The notes: generated by a model from the letters alone, not told the origin. A stretch of DNA of 35,595 nucleotides from an uncultured Phycisphaerales bacterium (GCA_937879825.1 CALFMQ010000252.1:1-35595); one strand, 5' to 3'. Shown: positions 1 to 9,850, numbered from the stretch's first letter. Made by a program: numbers and translations.

Positions 1-28
1 GCCCGCGACTTCGCTGGCAACCCCCGCG

Positions 29-1036
29 GTGCCCGACGCTGGGGCCGAGGCTCCGGTCGGCGCTGCGACGGGCGGGCGTCCGGAAGCATCGGTCGGTGCG
101 GCTGCGGCCAAGATCGAGGTCAGGCGCGACGCGAACGGCAGGCGCGACGATCGGCGTGAGTTCTCCCTCGACGATCTGGCGGCCCGCGAGACGGCGCCGG
201 TGTCGGTGATCGTGCTCACATACAACGAGGAGGGGAACATCCGGGCGTGCCTGGAGTCGTGCGCGTGGTGCGATGATGTGCACGTTCTCGACTCGGGCTC
301 GAAGGATCGCACGCGCGAGATCGCCGAGGAGATGGGCGCGACGGTGCATGTGAACGCGTTCAGGAGTTTCGGTCAGCAGCGGAACTGGGCGATCGACAAC
401 ATTCCCGTTAAGTACAAGTGGCAGTTCCAGGTGGACGCGGACGAGCGGTTCACGCCCGCCTTGGTTCGGGAGATGGGGGCGCTGTTGCGGGCGGACGGAT
501 CGAGCGTGGACGGCGCGAGCGCGTACCAGTGCCCGTCGATGATGATGTTCATGGGGCGGTGGCTGCGTCATGCGGCGGAGTTCCCGGTGTACCAGTGCCG
601 GTTGTTGAATCCGGACTCGTGCCGCTTCGAGGATTACGGGCATGGTCAGCGGGAGGTAAACCGCGGCAAGACCGGCGTTCTGAGGATGCCGTACATGCAC
701 TACAACTTCTCGAAGGGTCTGGAGGAGTGGTTCGATAAGCACAACCGGTATTCATCGCTGGAGGCGAGCCAGGCGCTGGCCGAGCCGCCGATGCGGACGG
801 GGCGGGCGATCGCGACGATGTTCCGGGGGAACTCGGTGTCGCGCCGGCGGGCGCTCAAGGCGATCTCGTATCGGTTGCCCGCGAAGTCGCTCATCGTGTT
901 CTTCTGGACGATTGTGATTCGGCGCGGGTTCCTGGACGGTGTGGCGGGATGGAACTACGCGCGGATGCGTTCGATCTATGAGGGGATGATGTCGGTGAAG
1001 GTGTCGGTGCTCAAGCGGAAGGGCGAGTCGAAGTGA
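29..1036 (+). CDS. Family 2 (GT-A) glycosyltransferase
   Basis: Carries VSVIVLTYNEEGNIRACLES, VLDSGSKDRTREIAEE and a DAD (DxD) motif, typical of GT2. The frame stays open back to base 2, so the true start may lie upstream of the window. The stop overlaps the next start (GTGA at 1033-1036). Confidence 0.8.
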   Translation: MPDAGAEAPVGAATGGRPEASVGAAAAKIEVRRDANGRRDDRREFSLDDLAARETAPVSVIVLTYNEEGNIRACLESCAWCDDVHVLDSGSKDRTREIAEEMGATVHVNAFRSFGQQRNWAIDNIPVKYKWQFQVDADERFTPALVREMGALLRADGSSVDGASAYQCPSMMMFMGRWLRHAAEFPVYQCRLLNPDSCRFEDYGHGQREVNRGKTGVLRMPYMHYNFSKGLEEWFDKHNRYSSLEASQALAEPPMRTGRAIATMFRGNSVSRRRALKAISYRLPAKSLIVFFWTIVIRRGFLDGVAGWNYARMRSIYEGMMSVKVSVLKRKGESK

Positions 1037-1623
1037 GCGCACAAGACCATGGCCCGGGCTTTCCGTCTGACGAGGCGCTGTCTCGGGCGGAGAGTCCTTA
1101 CACGACCAAGGAGAAGGTTCTCCGGCTGCTGTGGAACTACTTCGGCCAGCCGATGATGCGGATGACCTTCCACAACTGGTACGGCGTGCGGGCGTGGTGG
1201 CTCCGGCGATTCGGGGCGACGATCGGGGCGCACTCGCGGATCCGGCCCAGTGTGCGCGTCGAGCAGCCGTGGAACCTGACTCTGGGGGACAACTGTTCGC
1301 TCGGGGATCGGGCGGTGATTTACTGCCTCGGGAAGATCACGATCGGCTCGAACTGCTCGATCTCGCAGCATGCGCACCTGTGCGCGGGGACGCACGACTT
1401 CACGCAGCCGAAGTTGCCGCTGCTCCGCCCGCCGATCGTGATTGAGGACGATGTGTGGATTGCGGCGGACGCCTTTGTGGGGCCGAATGTCCGGGTCGGT
1501 CGCGGGGCGTTGCTCGGGGCTCGCGGGGCGGCGTTCAAGGACCTGGAGGCGTGGACGATTTACGGGGGGAACCCGGCGAAGGCGATCCGTGCGAGGCCGC
1601 GATTTGCCGATGATCCTTCGTGA
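1033..1623 (+). CDS. Left-handed beta-helix (hexapeptide-repeat) O-acetyltransferase, WcaF-like
   Basis: The segment IRPSVRVEQPWNLTLGDNCSLGDRAVIYCLGKITIGSNCSISQHAHLCAGTHD...GNPAKAIRAR is near-colinear with E. coli colanic-acid acetyltransferase WcaF as I recall it. The GTG start overlaps the upstream stop. Confidence 0.8.
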   Translation: MSAQDHGPGFPSDEALSRAESPYTTKEKVLRLLWNYFGQPMMRMTFHNWYGVRAWWLRRFGATIGAHSRIRPSVRVEQPWNLTLGDNCSLGDRAVIYCLGKITIGSNCSISQHAHLCAGTHDFTQPKLPLLRPPIVIEDDVWIAADAFVGPNVRVGRGALLGARGAAFKDLEAWTIYGGNPAKAIRARPRFADDPS

Positions 1624-1641
1624 CGGGAGGATGCGGCGCGC

Positions 1642-2724
1642 ATGGCGGGTTCAGCGGTTGATCCGATTGTCTCCGTGGTGGTGCCGACGTTCCGGCGGCC
1701 TGAGATGCTGGTGCGCGCGGTTGAGTCGGTGCTGGGGCAAGACTTCCGGGGCATAGAGATCATCATCTGCGACGATGAGGATCCGCCGGGGGAGGGGCGC
1801 CTGGTCGCGGAACGGCTCGCGGCGCGGGACTCGCGGGTGCGCGTCGTGGCCAACGAGGGCGTGCGGGGGCAGGCGGGGAACCTGAACTATGCGATGTCGC
1901 TGGCGCGGGGGGCGTGGATCAAGCCGGTGTTCGATGACGATGCGCTGGAGCCGTCGTGCCTGGAGCGGATGCTCGCGGCGGCGGTGATGGGGCGCGGGTC
2001 TGTATCCGTGGTGCGGTGCCTGGCGAAGCGCTTCGAGGATGGACGGCTGGTCCGGACGGAGCGGCGCGGGCGCCGGGCGGTCGTGGAGCAGCTTTCGGCG
2101 GGGGACGCGGTGCTGGCGATGTACCTGCAGGATGTGGATGTGGGGATTCCGACGCAGCTGCTGGTGTCGCGGCACGCGGTGGAGGCGGGCGCGGTGATGG
2201 CGACGGACGGGCGGTTTGTCTCCAATGTCGACTCCGCGTGGACGCTCTCGCTGCTCGAGCACGGCTCGCTCGTTCTGCTCAATGAGCCGCTGGTGCATCA
2301 GCACCAGGGCGGGCACTCGACCGTGACCAGCGGGATGAGCGATGATGCGCTGGACGCTGAGTTTGCGTTGCTTCGCGAGTTGCAGCACGAGCGGCTCGGC
2401 GGGCGCACCCGCGTGCCGAGTGTGAGGACCGCGCAGGCGATGTTGCGCGGGATTCGGGCCCTTGAGCGGATGCGCCGTGGGCGTGCGCGCAGCGCGGTAT
2501 CGTTGGCGACGGATGTTCGGTCGGTTCGGGCGTGGGGATTGGCGGTTCGCTGGGCGATGCGTCGGGCGATGCCGGGATGGTTTGAGATTGTGAAGCGGAC
2601 GAGACTTTCTACGGATTCGAGGGCGTATGGCACTCAACGAGATCCCGGAATACGGATTCGAGCACAGCGGCCCGGCGCACACGATGGCGTATCTGACGCC
2701 GGCGATCGGCGCGCTGTTGGGTGA
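1642..2724 (+). CDS. Family 2 glycosyltransferase
   Basis: N-terminus VSVVVPTFRRPEMLVRAVESVLGQDFRGIEIIICDDED. ATG at 1642 with GGGAGG about 12 nt upstream. The last ~100 nt overlap the next ORF, so the exact 3' end is uncertain. Confidence 0.75.
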   Translation: MAGSAVDPIVSVVVPTFRRPEMLVRAVESVLGQDFRGIEIIICDDEDPPGEGRLVAERLAARDSRVRVVANEGVRGQAGNLNYAMSLARGAWIKPVFDDDALEPSCLERMLAAAVMGRGSVSVVRCLAKRFEDGRLVRTERRGRRAVVEQLSAGDAVLAMYLQDVDVGIPTQLLVSRHAVEAGAVMATDGRFVSNVDSAWTLSLLEHGSLVLLNEPLVHQHQGGHSTVTSGMSDDALDAEFALLRELQHERLGGRTRVPSVRTAQAMLRGIRALERMRRGRARSAVSLATDVRSVRAWGLAVRWAMRRAMPGWFEIVKRTRLSTDSRAYGTQRDPGIRIRAQRPGAHDGVSDAGDRRAVG

Positions 2725-3265
2725 TCGACTGGCGGAAGGCGTGCGTGTGCTCGATGTGGGGTGCGGGAACGGTTGGCTTGTCAACTGGTTCATCGGGCAC
2801 GGCGCTGTCGGTGTGGGGATCGATGCGTCGGAGCAGGGGATCGAGCAGGCGCGGAAGGCGTTCCCTAAAGGGCGGTTCGAGCGGCTGTTGGCGGATGATC
2901 GCGTGCTTGAGAACCTGGGAGAGGAGCCATTCGACATCGTGGTGTCGACGGAGGTTGTGGAGCATCTGTACGACCCGCGATCGTGGGCGCGGGGGTGCAT
3001 GGCGGCGGTGCGCGGGGGCGGACGGTTCGTGTGCACGACGCCGTATCACGGGTGGATGAAGAATGTGGCGGTGGCGGTGATGAACAAGTTTGATCACCAC
3101 ATGAACCCGTTGTGGGACGGGGGGCACATCAAGTTCTGGAGCCCGTCGACGCTCGGGACGCTGCTGCGTGAGGCGGGGTTCGTGGATGTCCGCTGGAAGG
3201 GTGCCGGTCGGTTGCCGCTGCTCTGGAAGAGCATGGTGATGAGCGGGGATCGCCCCGGATCGTGA
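2627..3265 (+). CDS. Class I SAM-dependent methyltransferase
   Basis: Motif I VLDVGCGNGWL and the downstream DIVVSTEVVEHL. The start could instead be the internal ATG at 2684. Confidence 0.75.
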   Translation: MALNEIPEYGFEHSGPAHTMAYLTPAIGALLGDRLAEGVRVLDVGCGNGWLVNWFIGHGAVGVGIDASEQGIEQARKAFPKGRFERLLADDRVLENLGEEPFDIVVSTEVVEHLYDPRSWARGCMAAVRGGGRFVCTTPYHGWMKNVAVAVMNKFDHHMNPLWDGGHIKFWSPSTLGTLLREAGFVDVRWKGAGRLPLLWKSMVMSGDRPGS

Positions 3266-3384
3266 GGGCGCGGTTTTATCGGGCGCGGGGTGCGGGATCG
3301 GCACGGGGACCCGGGGGGTTGGGGCCGCTACACTATCCGCCCCATTCACCCGCAACGAGACACCCGGTACCCGAGGAGAGAACG

Positions 3385-4554
3385 ATGTCCGGCCTGATTT
3401 CGCCGCACGGCGGCACGCTTGTGAATCGCGTAGTTGACAGCGCGACTGCTACGAAACTGAAGGGCGAGGCGGCTTCGCTCAAGCGGATCGACCTGAGCGC
3501 CAAGCAATCGTGCGATCTGGAGATGATCGGGATCGGCGCGTTCAGCCCCTTGACCGGGTTCATGGGCAAGGCGGACTTCGAGAGCGTGTGCAAGAGCATG
3601 AAGCTCGCGTCGGGCGACATCTGGCCGATTCCGATTCTGTTGTCGGTGGACTCTTCGAAGGCGCCGAAGGTCGGCGAGCGGGTGGCGCTGTATGCCCCGA
3701 ACGGGGTGCTGCAGGGCGTGATGACGGTGAAGGAGACCTTCGCGCACGACAAGAAGCTCGAGATTCCCAATGTGTTCGCGACGACCGATGAGGCGCACCC
3801 GGGCGTGGCGCAGGTGATGGCGGAGGGCGATACCTGCGTCGCCGGGCCGGTGGATGTGGTGACGGTTTGCGTGGACCCGAAGGGACCCGAGGCGTTCCTG
3901 GACTTCCGCCAGACGCCCGCGCAGACGCGGGCGGAGTTCGAGAAGCGCGGGTGGAAGACCGTGGGCGCTTTCCAGACGCGGAACCCGATTCACCGGGCGC
4001 ACGAGTATCTGTGCAAGTGCACGCAGGAGATCTGCGACGGGCTGCTGATTCACCCGCTGGTCGGCGAGACGAAGAAGGGTGATATCCCGGCGGCGACGCG
4101 GATGGACTGCTACCAGGTTCTGATCGAGAAGTACTTCGTGAAGGATCGGACGCATCTGTCGGTGATGCCGGCGGCGATGCGGTATGCGGGGCCCCGCGAG
4201 GCGATTCTGCACGCGCTGGTGCGGAAGAACTACGGGTGCACGCACTTCATTGTCGGGCGGGATCACGCGGGCGTGGGGAACTACTACGGGACGTACGACG
4301 CCCAGAACATCTTTGACGGGCTCGACGCGAAGAACCTGGGTATCAGGCCGCTCAAGTTCGAGCACGCGGCGTGGTGCAAGTTGTGCGAGGGCATGACTTC
4401 GTCGAAGACCTGCCCGCACGGCGGCGAGCACAAGATTTTCCTGTCGGGCACGAAGGTGCGTGAGATGCTCGCGGCGGGACAGCGTCCTCCGATGGAGTTC
4501 TCGCGGCCGGAGGTTGCGGACGCGCTGATGAGCTGGGCGAAGAGCCCCGCGTAA
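3385..4554 (+). CDS. sat: Sulfate adenylyltransferase (homomeric ATP sulfurylase, Sat type)
   Basis: Signature motifs QTRNPIHRAHE and GRDHAGVG are present. A C-terminal CKLC-x8-CPHGGEH cluster resembles the Zn site of Thermus-type ATP sulfurylases. ATG at 3385 is preceded by GAGGAGAG. The ORF-track extension from 3262 is an Arg/Gly-rich read-through that I discard. Confidence 0.92.
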   Translation: MSGLISPHGGTLVNRVVDSATATKLKGEAASLKRIDLSAKQSCDLEMIGIGAFSPLTGFMGKADFESVCKSMKLASGDIWPIPILLSVDSSKAPKVGERVALYAPNGVLQGVMTVKETFAHDKKLEIPNVFATTDEAHPGVAQVMAEGDTCVAGPVDVVTVCVDPKGPEAFLDFRQTPAQTRAEFEKRGWKTVGAFQTRNPIHRAHEYLCKCTQEICDGLLIHPLVGETKKGDIPAATRMDCYQVLIEKYFVKDRTHLSVMPAAMRYAGPREAILHALVRKNYGCTHFIVGRDHAGVGNYYGTYDAQNIFDGLDAKNLGIRPLKFEHAAWCKLCEGMTSSKTCPHGGEHKIFLSGTKVREMLAAGQRPPMEFSRPEVADALMSWAKSPA

Positions 4555-4563
4555 TCTGTGTCG

Positions 4564-5736
4564 ATGCGGATCTGTCATGTCATCGGGTCGATTGATCCGG
4601 CCAACGGCGGGCCCTCGACGGTCATCGGACGGATCGCATCGGCGCAAGCCGGGCTCGGCCTCGATGTTCATCTGCTCGGGGCGTGTTCCGCTGCTCGGGA
4701 AGCGGTGTCGCGTGAGGCGCTGGCGCAGGTGCCGGGCATCGAGCGTGTGACGCTGCACCTGATGACCGATCCGCCGTCGCGCATGCGACGGCTGCTTGCG
4801 AGCCACTTCGGTCCGGCGTTTGATGCGGTCCCCGAGCCCGACATTGCGCATCTCCATGGCGTCTGGGACTCGCCGCTGCTGCGGGTATCGGCGCGGTGTC
4901 GGGCGAGGAAGATCCCTTATCTGATTCGTCCGGCGGGGATGCTCGACTTCTGGTCGCTCAAGCAGAAGGCCCTGAAAAAGAAGGTTTCGATGGCGCTGTT
5001 CCATCGGAGGATGCTCCGCGGGGCGTCGGTCATTCATGCGCTGAATCCGCACGAACGAGATGCGGTATCGGCCCTGCGGCTTTGGACTCGGATCGAGATC
5101 ATCCCCAACGGCGTGTTCATGAGTGACATCGAGCGTGTCACGGAGGAAGGGCTGTTTCGGGGCAAGTTTCCGGCGCTGGGCGAGTCGCCGTTCGTATTGT
5201 TTCTGAGCCGCCTGCACTTCAAGAAGGGATTGGACATTCTGGCTGACGCGTGGACTCGGGTAGCGCGTGAGCATCCGGGGGCGAAACTGGTAGTGGCCGG
5301 CCCACGGGAGGACGACTCGATCGACGCGTTCGATCGTGTGATTGGGGACGCTGGGCTGACTGGCACGGTTGTTCAAACGGGCCCGGTGTACGGCGCGGAT
5401 AAGGCCGCGGCCTATCGGGAGTGTGCCTGCTTCGTGCTTCCGAGCCGGCAGGAGGGGTTCAGTCTGGCGATTACCGAGGCGTTGGGGTTCGGGGCGGCTG
5501 CGGTGGTGACGCGGGATTGCCACTTCCCTGAGATCACCGAGGTGGGTGCCGGGATCGAAACGGCCCTGGACGCGGGTGAGGTCGCTTCGGCGGTCTCTCG
5601 GATGCTGGTCGATCCGGCGTTCCGGACCTCGTGCGGGGCCGCGGGGGCGGCTCTGGTGCGGGAGCGATTCACATGGCCCGCGGTCGCCCGGAGGACGCTC
5701 GAGGTGTACCGTTCGATGGCCTCGGGGGCCCGTTGA
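4564..5736 (+). CDS. GT-B fold glycosyltransferase, family 4
   Basis: N-terminus MRICHVIGS..ANGGP and the E-x7-E region RQEGFSLAITEALGFG. The start could be GTG 4558. Confidence 0.8.
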   Translation: MRICHVIGSIDPANGGPSTVIGRIASAQAGLGLDVHLLGACSAAREAVSREALAQVPGIERVTLHLMTDPPSRMRRLLASHFGPAFDAVPEPDIAHLHGVWDSPLLRVSARCRARKIPYLIRPAGMLDFWSLKQKALKKKVSMALFHRRMLRGASVIHALNPHERDAVSALRLWTRIEIIPNGVFMSDIERVTEEGLFRGKFPALGESPFVLFLSRLHFKKGLDILADAWTRVAREHPGAKLVVAGPREDDSIDAFDRVIGDAGLTGTVVQTGPVYGADKAAAYRECACFVLPSRQEGFSLAITEALGFGAAAVVTRDCHFPEITEVGAGIETALDAGEVASAVSRMLVDPAFRTSCGAAGAALVRERFTWPAVARRTLEVYRSMASGAR

Positions 5737-5880
5737 GTTCCATCGAATGGGGCGATCCGGTTGGGGCGTCGAATCGTAGAAGGCGGGTCGAAGAGTTCGC
5801 CTGGGATTGCCGATAAGCAGGAGTCGGAGGGGTCGGGCCGCGTCAGGAGTTGGCGTGTTCTCGGACCTGGCACGGGTGTC

Positions 5881-7437
5881 ATGAAGCAGATCAAGTTCCT
5901 TGTCATCGCGTTCCTCGGATTCATCACCCTGCTGGTGGCGATGCTCATTTGGAGCGCGGAGGCGCGGGAGTTCTCGGCTTCGTTCTTCTTCATCGCGTTG
6001 GGCGCGTTGGTGCTCTTGCCGAGTGCGGCGGCGGTTCTGGCGGGGAAGATCCCGTGGTTCTCGCCGCACGCGTTCGTGGTGGCGGCGTTCGGGATGATGT
6101 ATGTGCTGGCCCCAGCGCTTGTGATTCTGGACGCTCCGGAGAGTGAGTATTACGGGCGGGCGCTGGCGCCGAGCGAGATGCTGAAGGTCGTGCAGGTGTG
6201 CACGCTCGGCGTGTTCTGCTACGTGCTGGGGTACCGGATCGGGCCCAAGAACTTTCGTGCGCCGCGTCGGCTCGAGGCGTACTTCTCTGACACCCCCGCG
6301 GTGGACCAGATCTATGTGCCGGGCGCGTTCCTGATCTGGGGGATCGGCGTCGGCGCGTGGGCGTACATCTACGGCGTGCAGGGCGGTATCTCTGCGGCTC
6401 TGTCGCGCATGGGTGAGCGATCCATGCTTCTGGCGGACGCGGGCGGCCTGGTCTTTCACCTGGCCAAGTTCCTGTACGTGGGGATGCTGCTGCTGATCGC
6501 GCGGATGGGGATGAACCTTGTCACGATCCCGATGCTGGGCTTCTCGACGCTGATCCTGCTGGCGTTCGGATCGCGGTCATACATCGGTCTGCTGGTGCTG
6601 GGCGCGCTGATTGTTTGGCGGTTCCGGTACCTGCAGAAGGTGCCGCTGATCGTGTGGGCGGGCGGCGCTGTGGGCGGGTTCTTCCTGATGGCGTTCTACG
6701 TTCTGCTCCGCGCGACGCGCGGCAATCTCGGCGAAGCGGCGTATTACTTCCAGAACTCGATGGAGCGGACGAGCTCGTGGCTCACGCCGATCGTCGCGCC
6801 GTTCACCTTCATCAACGAGATGGGCGAGGTGGTGAACAATGTCGGGGGGCGGATTCCGTATCAGTACGGCGAGACCTTCCTGACCTTGCTCTACTTCGTC
6901 CCGGGGTGGATCTGGTCGGGGAAATACAATCTGGACTCGGTGAACTCGGCGTATATGAATGCGCTGTATCCGGGGCGGATCGAGAATGTGACGATTACGC
7001 CTTCGATCATGGCGGAGTTCTTCATGAACTTCGGTTGGTTCGGGATCGTGTTCTGCCCGCTGCTTCTGGGTATCGGGATGAAGTGGTTCACGAACGCGAT
7101 GATCGGGCATCCGAACCGGAAGTATCAGTGCGCGTGGATCGTCTTTGCAGCGCTCGCGTCAGTGAATGTGATGCGTGTGCTGAAGAACGGCTCGACGGAC
7201 GCGGTGTGGCTGCTGTACTTCCTGGTGCCGCTGGCGGCGTTGTACCTGCCGAACATCGGTCTGTTCTTTTCGCCGCCTCCGCGCGGGACGCTCGTCACGG
7301 ATGAGGATCCGTACGAGGCTGCGGCGCGTGAGGCGGGCGAAGAATGGGACGCCGACGAGGGCTACGAGGAGCACGAGGGCGACGCGTACGACTGGTACAC
7401 GGAGCCGGACGGGGCGGTGGCGTCGTCGCGCGGTTGA
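5881..7437 (+). CDS. Wzy-like oligosaccharide repeat-unit (O-antigen) polymerase, polytopic membrane protein
   Basis: About 12 hydrophobic segments and a position in a GT/flippase locus. Acidic C-terminal tail (DEDPYEAAAREAGEEWDADEGYEEHEGDAYDWY). The start is taken at MKQIKF (ATG 5881); the track ORF opens at 5761. Confidence 0.6.
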   Translation: MKQIKFLVIAFLGFITLLVAMLIWSAEAREFSASFFFIALGALVLLPSAAAVLAGKIPWFSPHAFVVAAFGMMYVLAPALVILDAPESEYYGRALAPSEMLKVVQVCTLGVFCYVLGYRIGPKNFRAPRRLEAYFSDTPAVDQIYVPGAFLIWGIGVGAWAYIYGVQGGISAALSRMGERSMLLADAGGLVFHLAKFLYVGMLLLIARMGMNLVTIPMLGFSTLILLAFGSRSYIGLLVLGALIVWRFRYLQKVPLIVWAGGAVGGFFLMAFYVLLRATRGNLGEAAYYFQNSMERTSSWLTPIVAPFTFINEMGEVVNNVGGRIPYQYGETFLTLLYFVPGWIWSGKYNLDSVNSAYMNALYPGRIENVTITPSIMAEFFMNFGWFGIVFCPLLLGIGMKWFTNAMIGHPNRKYQCAWIVFAALASVNVMRVLKNGSTDAVWLLYFLVPLAALYLPNIGLFFSPPPRGTLVTDEDPYEAAAREAGEEWDADEGYEEHEGDAYDWYTEPDGAVASSRG

Positions 7438-7449
7438 GGCGGGTTGGCG

Positions 7450-8799
7450 TCAGCGCCGGGAGCGGATGAAGCGGAAGCGGAAGTCGCTCGGCCGGGGGAT
7501 GACGAGGTCCCACCACTTGATTCCGGTGATTCTGGAATAGACGGCGACCAGGCCGATGGTGCCGGCGATGTAGGTGACGGTGCTGGCCCATGCTGCGCCG
7601 AGGACACCGTTGGCCGGCGCCCACGAGACGAAGCCCTGCGGCACCCAGATGGCGTTGAGGACGATGTTGGCAACGACGACCGGGCCCATGACCGCTGAGA
7701 CCAGGAGCGGGTGGCCCTTGGCGTGGAGGTCTGCTTCGAGCGTGCGCGCGACGAAGAAGGCGACGATTCCGGGGAGGAGGATCTGGGTGCAGGTGGCTGC
7801 GAGTCGGAACCCGGGGCCGTAGACGAGCGGGAGGATCCACGGCGCGGCGAAGTATGTGACGATCGCGGCGGGGAGTCCGACGGCGAGGCCGAAGCGGGAG
7901 AGGCGCGCGGTTTTGTGCGCGAATGCCGCCCGATCTGAGGTGTTGACGCCTCGCGAGAAGACGGCCCAGGAGAGTGCTATGGGGATCTGCCAGAGCATGT
8001 TGGCGAAGTTGACGCCGACGGAGTAGTTGCCGAGGTGGGCGTCGGCGATGTGCATGACGGTGAGTGAGAGGATGAAGAGATCGATGCGGTAGTTGAGGCG
8101 CATGAGGACGGTTGAGATGCCGAACTTGAAGGCCTTGGCGATCATCTCTTTGGCGAGGGTCGCGTCGAAGTCGAAGCGGATGGTGTAGCGGGAGCGGATG
8201 AGCTGGATGCCGATGGCGAATGAGATGAGCGAGCCGACGAGCATGGCAAGGAAGTAGACCCAGCCGTCGGAGGGGCCGTCGAAACCGAGGAGCGCGCCGA
8301 GTGTGAGGATGATGATGAGCTTGGGTGGTTCGGCCCAGACGAGGCGCGGGACATAGGTGGAGATGCGCTGGTCTGCGAGGGCGACGCCCCGCGCGATTGC
8401 GAGGTGGAGACTCGGGCCGATTCCGACGACCGAGAGGGCATACCACGAGAGGGGGAGGTCGCCCGACCACGGCGCGAAGAACCACGCGACGGCGAGGAGT
8501 GTGTAGAGGATGGAGGCGATGAGCCAGAGCGTGAAGGAGACGCCGATGATTCGGTTCTTCTCATCGGGTCGGGCGGCCATCATGGTGGGGAGCGCCTTGT
8601 CGATGCCGAAGTCGCCGAAGAGCACGAGGAGCGACGGCACGATGAGGACGGCGGTGATGACGCCTCGGACGTCTTCTTTCCAGATGCGCGCGGTGGCGAT
8701 TCCCACGAGCAGCGCGAGGGCGAGGAGCCCGAAGTTGCCGAGGATGAGCCGGAGGGCGTCTTCGAGGAAGGATCGATTCTTGGGCGCTGGACTGGTCAC
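7450..8799 (-). CDS. MOP-superfamily polysaccharide flippase (Wzx-like)
   Basis: 449 aa with 12 or more TM segments and the typical size and composition of Wzx/PST proteins. GTG start overlaps the upstream stop (GTGA). Convergent with the polymerase gene, 12 bp apart. Confidence 0.7.
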   Translation of the reverse strand: MTSPAPKNRSFLEDALRLILGNFGLLALALLVGIATARIWKEDVRGVITAVLIVPSLLVLFGDFGIDKALPTMMAARPDEKNRIIGVSFTLWLIASILYTLLAVAWFFAPWSGDLPLSWYALSVVGIGPSLHLAIARGVALADQRISTYVPRLVWAEPPKLIIILTLGALLGFDGPSDGWVYFLAMLVGSLISFAIGIQLIRSRYTIRFDFDATLAKEMIAKAFKFGISTVLMRLNYRIDLFILSLTVMHIADAHLGNYSVGVNFANMLWQIPIALSWAVFSRGVNTSDRAAFAHKTARLSRFGLAVGLPAAIVTYFAAPWILPLVYGPGFRLAATCTQILLPGIVAFFVARTLEADLHAKGHPLLVSAVMGPVVVANIVLNAIWVPQGFVSWAPANGVLGAAWASTVTYIAGTIGLVAVYSRITGIKWWDLVIPRPSDFRFRFIRSRR

Positions 8800-9806
8800 A
8801 CGAGCCGTTCTTGCGGGAGCAGGTCGATCTGGAAGAGCTGGTATCCGTGGTGCTCGCCGATCTGTTTGTGGTGGATCATCTTGCGCTGGGCGAGGTCATA
8901 GAGAGCCATGTGGGAGCGGGGTTGCCAGTGGCCGTGCTTGATCCAGTAGCCGAACTCCTTCCACTTAGAGCGGCGCAGCGCGGAGAAGCAGACGAAGTAC
9001 TGATCGGGATTCTGCGGGTGACGGACGACGCCCCGGCACCAGCCGAGCTGGTTCAGTTCGGGGGTCATCTCGGGGAGGTTGTAGATGGAGCGCCGGGAGG
9101 TGTCGTCGACATCGAACATGACGAGGTGGTTGTTTGTCGTTGTGAAGACGAGTTTGTCGCCCATGACGATGCCGTCGTGCGGCATGCCGGCGGCCATCTC
9201 GATTCGGCGTCCCGGCTTGGTGACACAGACGGCGTCCATGGTGCGGAGCTGGCTCGTCCAGAGTTCGCCTTCGAGTTCGAAGAGGTGATTGCCGTGGCGG
9301 AGGTGGGGCTTGGTATCGGGGATGAGGCGGTAGTCCTTGCGGTCATCGATTTTGCGCGCACCGGGCTCGTCCTTGAGCAGGTCGTATCGCTCGAGGAGTT
9401 CGCCGGTGAGCGAGACGATGTCGACGGTCTCCAGCCCGGTGTTGGAGACGGCGAGGTTGCCCTTCCACGGGAAACAGTGGTGGAGGTCGTTGAAGCCTTT
9501 GAGACTAATCTTGCGGGCGGGCGCCACGGGGGGCCACTGGTCGTAGACGAGTATCTCGTTGTGCGTGCAGACGTAATAGGAGCCGTCGATGAAGCAGGAG
9601 CCCGTGAACTGGATTTTCTGTCCCGGGGAGACGACATCCTTCGGGGGCAGGTACTCGCAGCGGTGGAGGATTTCGTTTGTCTGGGCGTCGATGATGAGGA
9701 TGACGGCCAGGACGCCCTGATCGCCGTCTTCACCCTGCACCGCGCCGCTGATGAGTATCTGCATCCCGCCTCCTACGCCCGCACAACTTCCGTGTTCGAT
9801 CGGCAT
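8796..9806 (-). CDS. Hypothetical soluble beta-strand-rich protein (possible beta-propeller); family not assigned
   Basis: Strong GC3 bias and normal composition. Repeated short hydrophobic strand/turn units and His-rich patches (NDLHHCFPW, HLRHGNH, GMPHDG, KHGHWQPRSH). An alternative start at ATG 9764 has an AGGAGG 4 nt upstream. The gene is translationally coupled to the flippase. Confidence 0.6.
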   Translation of the reverse strand: MPIEHGSCAGVGGGMQILISGAVQGEDGDQGVLAVILIIDAQTNEILHRCEYLPPKDVVSPGQKIQFTGSCFIDGSYYVCTHNEILVYDQWPPVAPARKISLKGFNDLHHCFPWKGNLAVSNTGLETVDIVSLTGELLERYDLLKDEPGARKIDDRKDYRLIPDTKPHLRHGNHLFELEGELWTSQLRTMDAVCVTKPGRRIEMAAGMPHDGIVMGDKLVFTTTNNHLVMFDVDDTSRRSIYNLPEMTPELNQLGWCRGVVRHPQNPDQYFVCFSALRRSKWKEFGYWIKHGHWQPRSHMALYDLAQRKMIHHKQIGEHHGYQLFQIDLLPQERLV

Positions 9807-9850
9807 TTCTCGCCTTTGGGGGCCATTCTAGGGTGTCCTACGTGCGGCGC

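Noticed and set aside
2627-2724. 98-nt overlap between the second GT2 and the methyltransferase, considered as a frameshift or pseudogene sign
   Set aside because: Both ORFs are intact with complete domains. The overlap is more simply explained by an uncertain methyltransferase start (ATG 2684 is also possible) and a non-conserved GT2 tail.
1651-3036. 461-aa minus-strand ORF antisense to the GT2 and methyltransferase genes
   Set aside because: Arg/Pro/His-rich composition. It is the shadow frame of well-supported plus-strand genes.
3262-3384. N-terminal extensions offered by the ORF track for sat. The same applies to cysC to 16082, gatB to 24000, the KS-like gene from 23701, the epimerase to 12072, the repeat protein to 31524 and exbB to 33384.
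   Set aside because: The extensions are Arg/Pro/Gly-rich and lack homology-like sequence. Internal starts have RBS motifs or 4-nt coupling overlaps and match the expected family N-termini.
3346-6459. 1037-aa ORF on the minus strand spanning sat, the GT4 gene and the polymerase gene
   Set aside because: Extremely Arg/Pro/His-rich with no motifs, and antisense to three ORFs with clear family signatures. This is the usual stop-codon-poor shadow frame of GC-rich DNA.
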